Below, piece after piece: positions 19,811 through 28,532 of a stretch of 64,000 nt of DNA. Origin of the DNA: Candidatus Aminicenantes bacterium (GTDB lineage Bacteria > Acidobacteriota > Aminicenantia > Aminicenantales > JAFGBC01); the NCBI GenBank assembly GCA_963702005.1, contig OY969696.1:544001-608000 (forward strand), given 5' to 3'. Position numbers and translations under genes: made by a program. The notes under the pieces are model-generated. The model did no database searches and was not told the DNA's origin. It saw only the letters and a program-made list of their open reading frames with translations. Within the stretch, counting starts at the first letter, position 1; each line of letters begins with the position of its first letter.

Positions 19811-20040
19811 CTAAGCGGGTTTCCTCGCATACTCCTTCCGCCACCGGTAATAGGTCTGCTCAGAGACGTCTAGCTTGCAACAGACCTCGGCGACTGGAGT
19901 CGCCTGGTTGAGAAGGATTCCGCCTCGCGGAGCATCGCGATGATCTGCTCCGGTGAAAACCGTTTCCTTGCCATGTCCACCTCCCTCGATCCAGCAGAAT
20001 CTTATCACATGGGCTGGATCCCTTTGAGGGGGGCAGGTCA
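19811..20040 (-). mobile_element. IS3-family remnant (left end plus frameshifted, truncated orfA)
   Basis: Minus strand starts TGACCTGCCCCCC (IS407-group-like IRL). RBS GGAGG precedes ATG 19974: MARKRFSPEQIIAMLREA / frameshift / ILLNQATPVAEVCCKLDVSEQTYYRWRKEY. No orfB. Confidence 0.82.
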
Positions 20041-20219
20041 TGCCATATAAAGATTCTTAATCTTCCCGATATCCAACACAACTTTGTCCTTTTAGTCGGC
20101 GAATTATCATCGAGTTTGAAATTGTTTAAAAAAATTGATTGACAATGCGGAGAATCGAGAAAATAATATCAATTGGGTAAAAGAGGGGAATTAATTGAAG
20201 ATGGGGTTGTTAATTTAAG

Positions 20220-21281
20220 ATGCACAAACAATCTCGGCAATTTTATTTAATCGGCGCAGTCATATTAATTAACGTCGTTTTGATTGGACTAAATATTTTC
20301 ATCATAAGGGAAAAGAAAAAAGAATTTAAAAGGCTCTCGGAGCTGAGAAAATCAACAGAGGCAAACCAATTTTATGAAAATTCCTCCAAGGAATTCATGA
20401 ATATGGATTGCCCCGAAATCGTAGCGAATTCCGTCGAGGGGAACGGAATCGCGCTTAGGCAATACGCCGGAAGCGTAATAATCATTCAGTTCAGCAGATT
20501 CTATAAGGAGGATTTGCCCAATCTCGTCTATCTCCAGAACCTTGCCGACAAATATCGAAAATTGGGCGTTTTCCTGTTGTTCGTTAATACGAGAGGGAAG
20601 CAAGATGCGAGTGGGGTGGGAAAATTCGTTACTCTGTCCTACCCCGTCATTGAAGACGATGGAACGATACGAGATCAATTCAATGCATATCCTGAGGATA
20701 CGATCGTCGTAGACCGCAATTTCAAGATCAAGTTCAAAAACGCCCGGTTTATAAAACCCATTGTCTACGACGAACTCATTAAGTGGCTTTTTGAAAATCG
20801 TGATCAGCCAAAATCTTCGGCGCCAGAAGATTTATCCAAACCCATAAAAAGCGTGGTCTATTATGACGTTTTGAAGAAAAAGATCATTAGAATGGAGCAA
20901 GTCCATAAGAAAATCGTTGCCACCTTCTCTGCTTCTTTATGCACGGGCTGCGAGGAGAACAGCAGAATTCAACTATTAAAAGATCTTTCGAGCAAAATTG
21001 CTCCGGAAAAAGGGGAGATATTCCTAATCTTCGGGAAAGGCAACAATCCAGATGCGATTCGGCAATATGCCATGGTTCAAGAATGGGAGAAAGTTCCCTT
21101 CAATATCGGCGTCATCGAGGGTTCCGTCGATATAGATGAAGGTCTTTATTATCAGCTTTTCAAACTCGACATTGATCCAAGAACCCTCGTTTTCGATTCG
21201 GCCAGAAAGCCGATATTCGTCGAATCCCGTAAAAACACAAATTCGCTTAGCATTGATTCATTATTGCGAATGATAAAATGA
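20220..21281 (+). CDS. Membrane-anchored protein with two thioredoxin/redoxin-like domains
   Basis: N-terminal TM. TlpA/AhpC-like pattern (IALRQYAGSVIIIQF...LQNLADKY..LGVFLLFVN...YPVIED...DTIVVDRNFKI) without CxxC. The second domain has CTGC and DPRTLVFD. Confidence 0.65.
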   Translation: MHKQSRQFYLIGAVILINVVLIGLNIFIIREKKKEFKRLSELRKSTEANQFYENSSKEFMNMDCPEIVANSVEGNGIALRQYAGSVIIIQFSRFYKEDLPNLVYLQNLADKYRKLGVFLLFVNTRGKQDASGVGKFVTLSYPVIEDDGTIRDQFNAYPEDTIVVDRNFKIKFKNARFIKPIVYDELIKWLFENRDQPKSSAPEDLSKPIKSVVYYDVLKKKIIRMEQVHKKIVATFSASLCTGCEENSRIQLLKDLSSKIAPEKGEIFLIFGKGNNPDAIRQYAMVQEWEKVPFNIGVIEGSVDIDEGLYYQLFKLDIDPRTLVFDSARKPIFVESRKNTNSLSIDSLLRMIK

Positions 21282-22420
21282 AGCAACCGAGGGTGCTGAT
21301 AATTCTCATTTTAGGAACAAGTTGTCTATTAACGGGCTATCGGAATCCTCCAGCATCGCGGACGATTAGCAAGCTGGAAAAAAGATCTGAGAGACATCGG
21401 TCTGTTTTGACCAAAAATGCAGCACTCCTAGGCATTTCAGACAAAGAACGAATCACTTCTCTTGAAGAAATAGGCAAAATAGAAAACGGGTTTAGCAGCG
21501 ATGATGATAACTATTTTGAAAACATCACTTCAGTTTGCTTGGACGCCAATAATAATTTATACGTTGCCGATTCTGGAGTCCATAAAATATTCAAATTTAA
21601 CGACCGAGGGAAATTTCTGTTTTCTTTTGGAAAACTGGGTCAGGATAAGGCAGAATTCTTGGGAACAATGAGGATTTCTATAGGCAACGATGGGAAGCTC
21701 AATATAACCGATGATGGAAATTGGCGTTTGTCTATTTATGATCTGGAAGGACATTTTATCCAGCAGTTCCCGATAGACAAGTATATCTATGACATCGCTC
21801 TAACGAAATCGAATGGCGATATATACCTCATCTCGCCAAGTGGAATAAGTCTAATCGATTACTATGATAAGGAAATGCATCTGAAAGGCTCCTTGGTTGA
21901 ATATTCTAGCCACCTTGATTTCCCCTATGAAGTCCCTCCGAAAAAAATGCTTAAATTAATGTCTAGGCCGTCGATCATTGATTTAAAAAAACTCATGACC
22001 AAAAAGGATGAACTAATTCTCGTTTCTAATAATTCGCTATTTATCTTTTTGATAGATAACGATCATAGGATTAAAAACAAATTCAGAATCGCGCATCCTC
22101 GGCTTATAGAGAATTATATAAAGCGCTTAAAAGAATTTGAGTCAAAGGGAGCTTAGGTCCAGTGCTTCGGCTCGGCTTTCCTCGATAACAAAGAGAACAT
22201 CTGTCTGTGTTATTATAACTCGGATATTGAGCAGCCTGAGATTTATCGCTATAGCAAAAATGGGGTTTTTCTCGATGTTTTAAGAATGAATGTTGCCTAT
22301 GGAAACGAAGCCCATTCGAATCGGATCCTTGAGGCATGCGATAGCAAAGGGAACATGTATTCAATCGATTCAAATTTACAAAGAATCGTTATTTATCGAG
22401 AAATGAGCGAAACAGAATAA
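21278..22420 (+). pseudogene. 6-bladed beta-propeller (NHL-repeat-like) exported protein interrupted by an in-frame TAG at 22154-22156
   Basis: NHL-like blades (LDANNNLYVADSGVHKIFKFNDRGKFLFSFGKLGQDKAEF). The frame stays open past the TAG to TAA 22420 with more blade-like sequence (EIYRYSKNGVFL, ACDSKGNMYSID). Confidence 0.72.
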
Positions 22421-22472
22421 TGTTATACCTAAAATTGACCCTATTTACCTTAATTTCGATAGGAGGTGCTAT

Positions 22473-22775
22473 ATGAAAAAGAGGTTAAGTGTAGGGATTT
22501 TTGCTTCATTCATTCTCCTCTGTGCCTTGACCGTCGCTAATCTCGTTTATTCTCAATGGCCTTGCGAAACACACGGGCCAACTTTTACGTGCGAGCACGA
22601 GGCTCGCGCTTATTGCGCGGGCATGTGCGGAACCTATGGAAAATGCCAGACTTATTATTGGACTTACAATTATTGTGATTCTGGAGTATGTTTTGAAGTA
22701 TGGGCAATTGTATGCTATTCTGGAGCAGCTTACGAGTATGATTGCCAAAGCCTAGCCGGGGCCTGTCCCAAATAA
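22473..22775 (+). CDS. Small secreted cysteine-rich peptide (Sec signal plus ~73-aa mature region with 10 Cys)
   Basis: Strong RBS AGGAGGT at 22461-22467; basic-hydrophobic signal ending VYS; Cys/Tyr/Gly-rich mature part. Confidence 0.78.
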   Translation: MKKRLSVGIFASFILLCALTVANLVYSQWPCETHGPTFTCEHEARAYCAGMCGTYGKCQTYYWTYNYCDSGVCFEVWAIVCYSGAAYEYDCQSLAGACPK

Positions 22776-24197
22776 ACTCTGGCAGTAAAGAGCAATCTTA
22801 ATTTCAATAATATTCAAATATTATTGTTTTTCTGAGGAGGATTAAAAGGCATTCATTGAAGCCCAATTTAAAATTTTTTCTTTGCTTTGCTATCCAAGCA
22901 ATTTGCTTTTTATTGGTTACTTCAATAACAGCCCAGGTCGAAATCCGGGATAAAATTCAACACGAAGTTACCGTGACCCTGAAATTGGTCCAGGTTTACG
23001 TGCTGGACAGGTCGGGGAACGCGGTCGCCGATTTAACAAAATCCGATTTCGAACTTTACGACAACGGCCAAGCCAAGCCAATTACGGATTTTGAAAAGCA
23101 CGACCTGTCGATAAATCAAGTTCCGCAAGGCCCGCAACCTTCCCTTCCTACCCCGTCTGTTTCGAAAATGAACCGGAAGTTCTTCCTGTTCTTCGATTTT
23201 GCCTTCAACAACAGGGCAGGGGTCTCCAAATCGAGAACGGCCGCGCTGAATTTTCTCGACACCCAGGTCCGTCCCGATGACGAAGTCGGGGTAATATCGT
23301 TTTCAGCGAGAAAGGGATTGACTCTTCACGAATATCTGACGTCCGATCACAAGAGAATCCGCCAGGTCGTCGAGGGTCTGGGGGCCAATAAATTTCTGGG
23401 GAGAGCCTGGAGTCTCGAAAGCGAGTGGCTTAAAGATCATCTGGAATTGGATGCGGCGCTTAGTCCTGAAATGAAAATGACACAAAGAATTGCCGAGGCC
23501 GAACGATCGCGCATGAATAATGAAGCCGTCGGCTTCGCCTCGCAAATATCCGAGCTGGCGAAGGCTCTCCGCAATATTCCCGGCATCAAGAACATTATTC
23601 TCTTCTCCTCCGGTATCCCGAATTATGCGATGTACGGGGGCGAAGCTGGAACCTTGTGGGGGGATGCCGCATTGCGCGACCGCTACAACGAGATGTGCAA
23701 GGAATTGGCGGGTTCAAACAGCTCGGTTTATGCCGTCAACGTTTCCAGCGCCGGCTCCGCGTCTTTCGAAGACAACGACTTGAGAGGCGATGAAGCGCTC
23801 AGACAGCTTGCCCGAGAATCCGGCGGCAAGTATTTCGACAACATCAACAGCTATGAGACCATCAACCGGACCATTCAGAAGGTGACCGGGACCTACTGCG
23901 TGCTCGGGTATTATATCGACCAAAAATGGGACGGCCGTTTCCATAGCGTCCGGATTGAGGTCAAGCGGAAAGGCTGCTCCGTCTTCGGCCAGCAAGGATA
24001 TTTTAACCCTAAGCCGTTCACCGAATATACAGAAAACGAAAAACTCCTCCATATCATTGACCTGGCCTTAGCTGAGAACCCCCTGATTCAGACTCCGGCC
24101 GAAGCTCCGCTAACGGCCCTGCCGATAATGGCCGGAGGGAAGTCGGGTATCGTTGCCTTCCTCGGCATTCCGCGTCAGCTTAGGGCGAAAGCCCTAG

Positions 24198-25635
24198 CGG
24201 GTTCCCGTAAGGACATCGCTAAGTGAATAACCGTAAGGACATCGATAAGCGATTTGCTCATCGCTTAAACTCTTTCCCATTCCAGTGGGAAGGAGATCTT
24301 TGCGGTGAGCATCAAGAGCGAATATGAGACTCGGAAGAAAGCCATTGAAAATTACTATGATGGGATTGGGTTTAACGAAATCCTCCGCACCGTCCATCGG
24401 AGCGGCTTTTGGCTCTCCAAATGGCTCAATCGCCATCGAAAATTCGGGCTTGATGGGCTTCGCGACCAAAGTCGGGTACCGAGACATATCCCCCATCAAA
24501 CGCGGGAGCCCTTGGTCCGGAAAATCCTGGTCCTGCGCGACGAACTGGCGGCCCACAAGACCCGTCGCGCCGCTTTTGCCGGCATCGGCGCCGAAACGAT
24601 CCATTTCGAGCTTCAGCGACGGGGCGTCCGCCAGCTTCCCGCCATCTCGACCATCGAGAAGATCCTGGCCCGCGCCGGACGAACGAAAAAGGCCAAGGCC
24701 AAACGCTCCTCCAACGGGCCTCCCTATCCCTACGTCCCGGCCCGTAAGATGGGCGACCTTCAGCAAACCGACCTGGTCGGGCCCCGTCATCTCCGCGGTC
24801 CTGCGGGAGTCACCCGCTTCTACTCCATCCACACCATCGACGCCGCCGGACAGACCACTGCGGCCAGCCAGGTCCGCGACAAGAGAACGATCTCGCTCTG
24901 CCGTCATCTGGTTGATTCCTGGCAAGTTATGGGGCTTCCCCGAATCTCCCAGATGGACAACGAGATGGCCGCGACGGGAGGGGGACGGTATCGCTACAGT
25001 CTCTCTCAGCTCATCCGGCTCCATCTTTTGTTGGGCATCCAGCTTCGCTTCATTCCCCCGAAAGAACCCGGCCGCAACGCCGCTATCGAAAGCTTCAATG
25101 CGGTCTGGCAGGCGCGGGTGCTCCGTCATCCCTGTCCGGATCTTCGGTCCTTGCGCCGCACGAGCGAACGATTCCTCCGCTACTACCACTTCGAGAAGCC
25201 GAATCGAAGCCTCCGGGCAACCGATCACGGCACCCGCTTTCCCGGCCAACTCCGCGACCGGCTCTGGTCCGCACTTCGTCATCTCCCATCCGCCTTCAAT
25301 CTCGATCAGCATCTCGATTCCCGGGGACACCTCGATCTGCCGATCGCCAAGGGCTGCGTCTCGTTCGTCCGCAAGGTGGATGCCCACGGTTGCATCGAAT
25401 TCAACGGCGCCGCGTATTTCATCCTCCGTAGACTGGAACGACAGTACGTCGTGGCCACACTCTCGACGTACCATCGCAGAGTCTTCGTCAAGTACGAGGG
25501 GAAGGTTATCAAGACGTTTCCTTTTCCGTTCGTCGGTAAAGTCGTCGATCCGATCGCTTGAAGGCCGATCAGTTATCGATGTCCTTACGGTTTCACTCAT
25601 TAAGAAACGCTTATCGATGTCCTTACGGCTGCCAC
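24198..25635 (+). mobile_element. IS481-like/rve-type insertion sequence, ~1.44 kb
   Basis: Flanked by CTAG (24194-97; 25636-39), extendable to a CCTAGCG direct repeat. Four copies of CCGTAAGGACATCG(A/C)TAA, two at each end, inverted. Single DDE transposase. Confidence 0.88.
24305..25561 (+). CDS. DDE transposase (HTH plus rve integrase core plus C-terminal beta domain)
   Basis: KWLNRHRKFGLDGLRDQSRVPR, STIEKILARAG; catalytic D (QTDLVG), D (QMDNE), E (AAIESFN). Confidence 0.9.
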   Translation: MSIKSEYETRKKAIENYYDGIGFNEILRTVHRSGFWLSKWLNRHRKFGLDGLRDQSRVPRHIPHQTREPLVRKILVLRDELAAHKTRRAAFAGIGAETIHFELQRRGVRQLPAISTIEKILARAGRTKKAKAKRSSNGPPYPYVPARKMGDLQQTDLVGPRHLRGPAGVTRFYSIHTIDAAGQTTAASQVRDKRTISLCRHLVDSWQVMGLPRISQMDNEMAATGGGRYRYSLSQLIRLHLLLGIQLRFIPPKEPGRNAAIESFNAVWQARVLRHPCPDLRSLRRTSERFLRYYHFEKPNRSLRATDHGTRFPGQLRDRLWSALRHLPSAFNLDQHLDSRGHLDLPIAKGCVSFVRKVDAHGCIEFNGAAYFILRRLERQYVVATLSTYHRRVFVKYEGKVIKTFPFPFVGKVVDPIA

Positions 25636-26750
25636 CTAGCGAATAACGCTGAAGCTTTGTGCCTGATCCTCGACGAGAAGGGAGATACCGAGTCTATCGT
25701 CCCGCTGAAAGTCGCGGCCCATAATATGGAGAAAGACATGACCCTGCTTGTCTTTGTCGCTCCGGCACGGTCGGGCCGCGTTGTCTGTAGAATAGCCCTT
25801 TGCAACATGGAGACCGGATATGGGGTCAGGGGATCCCAGACGATCACTATCCCGCAAGCTCGCGATGCGACCCTTTGGCTCGATCCGCCTCTCATCCTGG
25901 CCAATCGAAGCGTCGAGGAGATTTGCGCTCCCCCCCAGGCATCGCTAGCCAACATATATGCTTATGACGCGATAGAATATTCTCCCTTGTTTGAGGATCT
26001 GCCCGCCGGGACGAAGATCATCCGGGCGGCCCTTCGCGTCACGTCACTTAGGCCGAATTTCGAGATCGAGCTGACGGCGCAGCTCATGGAGGCGGGCGGG
26101 ACGAACACTCGGCCCATTCCCGTGGCTATCGTCAAAGACTCCACGGATGGCCCGATTAAGAAGCTCCTAGTCGATTTAGAGTTGGGCGAACTCAAGTCCG
26201 GACGCTATACGCTTTCCCTGACGGCCCGGGAGAAAGGCGGATTAGCGGTTGCCCAGACGACCCGGGAGATCACCATAAAGTAGCCGATAAATAATATTCA
26301 GCCAACTGGAAAATTCGCTTTTTTTGGGCTTTGGAAAACACCAATTTCGTATTCCTGTTTTATTCGTACTGGCATTCCCGCATTAGGCCCACCCTGAAGC
26401 AGGCTGCGTCCAGAGCCCAAGGCCGATGATGCTGGATTACGGCCGCTTGGGATGTAAACACGGGGAATTTGGGGTGGCGGTCAACATGCGCACTCAGGTT
26501 GATACGCCTTCGAAATTATGTAAATGAGTTTGAAATCTGAAATATTATCGGCTAGGCTTCCCCCGTTGTGAATTTGAGGATAGAAATAAGCCATGAAATC
26601 CTTTACTTTTTCGCTATCCGCTATGTCTCGGTCATCCCCAACCTCAACAGTCTATCGCCCAGCCTGCCCGGGAACGGCGGGATGAGCACGGCGACCGCCC
26701 GCATGAGGCTGAACAATTAATCGAGTGATCGCGGGGCCGCAGCCGGCGTC

Positions 26751-27491
26751 TTATCCCCAGCGCGTCCGAAGACGGGTGAGCTCCACTCCGCTGCCCTTGT
26801 TGAAGATCCCGTGGAGGTAGGAAAGGCCGGAATCCGCGCTCTCCGTCCGGATTTTAGAGAGAATCGTGTCCCCGTGGAACGCCTCGGCCTTGTAGGCGAC
26901 CTCGAGCTCGACAGGCCGCTTGGATGTGAGGATATCGGAGGGGACGGTCTCGAGTGCCCACTGGATGTAGACGGCGTGGTTGACGTGGCGGTTGAGGTCG
27001 AGGTCCTTGAACAGGACCTGGAACTCGCGCTCCCTCTCGGCCCCGTCGCAGGCGGGGAGCGGCGGGAAGGGATCGTCGACGGCCCGTTTGGGCAGGACGA
27101 CCCGGCCGGCCAGATGCTCCTCGACCCGCGCCGGTTGCTTGGAGCGGAGGTTGAGCATGATCCAGGAGCTCGTCGCCAGGGCCAGCGTCCGGCCCTCGGC
27201 ATCGGTCATTTCGAAATCCCGGAGGGCGAAGATCCCATGATGTCCCGACGGCCAGGTCGTGACCCGAACGCTCGTCCCCCATCCGGGATAGGCCAGGAAC
27301 TTGACGTGGTAGCGGGAGAGGACCCAGATCATGCCCTTGGCGGTCAGGTCGTGGAACCCGAATCCGAGTCGAGAAGCGTGCTCTCCGGCTATGTCCTGGA
27401 GATAATTGAGCAAAGCCAGCGGCTGGGCCTTGCCCTCGACATCCGTTTCGTAGCTGTGAACCTCGAATTCCTTGGTATGGGCTCTGTCCAT
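26751..27491 (-). CDS. Acyl-ACP thioesterase (FatA/B-like double hotdog)
   Basis: FEVHSYETD, YLQDIAGEHA, WVLSR, DLDLNRHVNHAVY. Confidence 0.9.
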   Translation of the reverse strand: MDRAHTKEFEVHSYETDVEGKAQPLALLNYLQDIAGEHASRLGFGFHDLTAKGMIWVLSRYHVKFLAYPGWGTSVRVTTWPSGHHGIFALRDFEMTDAEGRTLALATSSWIMLNLRSKQPARVEEHLAGRVVLPKRAVDDPFPPLPACDGAEREREFQVLFKDLDLNRHVNHAVYIQWALETVPSDILTSKRPVELEVAYKAEAFHGDTILSKIRTESADSGLSYLHGIFNKGSGVELTRLRTRWG

Positions 27492-27498
27492 GATGGAT

Positions 27499-28500
27499 TC
27501 ACCTCGCGTTCAGTCGGGCCGGACGGCCGCTCCGGATCGAGCCGAAGACGGCGTCGATGACTTTCATGTTGAGGACGGCGTCGCGAACGCCGTAGCGCGG
27601 AAGCCGGTTCGCGAGCAGGGCTTCCCCGAAATGATCGACCATCCGTACGTAAGAATTCGACGCGGGGATGGGGAGGACGTTTTCCTTGTCCCCTTTGGCG
27701 ACCCGGATTTCGACGTCGAACGATTTCTGGGAGAAAGCGCGCGGAAGCTCGATCCGGCCCCGGCTTCCGGCGATATCGAGCCGGCTCTGGAACTGGGCTT
27801 CGAAGCTAGCGTCGAGATGGGCCGGGCGGCCTCCCGGGAACTCGAGGAGGGCCGAGACCGACATATCGATGCGACGGCGGGGGTGGAATCTGCCCCTGGC
27901 GAAAACCGAGATCGGTTCTTCGCCGAAGAAAAGGCGGGCTCCGCTCACCGGATAGCAGCCGACGTCGAGGAGCGATCCGCCGCCCTTACCGGGCGACCAG
28001 CGATAATTGGAAGGATCGCCCGCATAGGGAAACGTGAACGACGAGCGGACGAAGCGGACGTCGCCGATCTCGCCGGAGCGGACGAGCTCGAGCGCGCGTT
28101 CGACTTGGGGATGGAAGCGGTACATGAAGGCCTCCATAAGGAGAAGGCCGGTCTTCTCCGCGGCGGCCGCCATCGTCTTCGCCTCTCGCGCATCGAGAGC
28201 GATGGGCTTTTCGCACAGGACATGCTTGCCGGCCTTCAAGGCTCGCAGGGTCCAGGGGCCGTGCAAGTGGTTGGCCAGGGGGATGTAGACGGCGTCGATT
28301 TCCGGGTCCTTGAGAAGTGCGGCGTAGTCGTTATAGGCTCTGGAAATATTGAAACGCGACGCCCAGTCCCGGGCTTTTATTTTATCACGGGAGGCGATGC
28401 CCGCGAGCTCCCCGGTCGCCGAGGAGCGAATGGCCGGGATGAGGGCCCGCTCGGCGATGCCGGCGCAGCCCAGGATTCCCCATCTCACGATGCCGGACAT
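27499..28500 (-). CDS. Gfo/Idh/MocA family oxidoreductase
   Basis: VRWGILGCAGIA, DAVYIPLANHLH, HVLCEKP, GGGSLLDVGCY; start set at ATG 28500. Confidence 0.92.
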   Translation of the reverse strand: MSGIVRWGILGCAGIAERALIPAIRSSATGELAGIASRDKIKARDWASRFNISRAYNDYAALLKDPEIDAVYIPLANHLHGPWTLRALKAGKHVLCEKPIALDAREAKTMAAAAEKTGLLLMEAFMYRFHPQVERALELVRSGEIGDVRFVRSSFTFPYAGDPSNYRWSPGKGGGSLLDVGCYPVSGARLFFGEEPISVFARGRFHPRRRIDMSVSALLEFPGGRPAHLDASFEAQFQSRLDIAGSRGRIELPRAFSQKSFDVEIRVAKGDKENVLPIPASNSYVRMVDHFGEALLANRLPRYGVRDAVLNMKVIDAVFGSIRSGRPARLNAR

Positions 28501-28532
28501 GGATACCTTCCGCCCGATGAAAAGGCTTTGAT

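Larger units (their letters stand above)
22856..26283 (+). pseudogene. VWA-domain exported protein (Acidobacterial VWFA-related type), split by an IS
   Basis: VTVTLKLVQVYVLDRSG..DLTKSDFELYDNG, KNIILFSSG, LARESGG, YCVLGY, DGRFHSVRIEV. Joining 24199 to 25642 restores one frame (...AKALA|NNAEAL...). Confidence 0.82.

Noticed and set aside
24205-25628. 18-bp repeats as a possible mini-CRISPR
   Set aside because: Only two per end, inverted between ends, with 8- and 20-nt gaps and no cas genes; they fit transposase-binding boxes.
24194-25646. Three long overlapping ORFs across the IS (468 aa minus, 440 aa plus)
   Set aside because: Only 24305-25561 has DDE/HTH motifs; the others are low-complexity Ser/Pro/Arg or antisense frames.
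26284-26716. AT-rich spacer with a ~30-codon ORF at 26593
   Set aside because: No recognisable motif or structure; probably a decayed islet edge.
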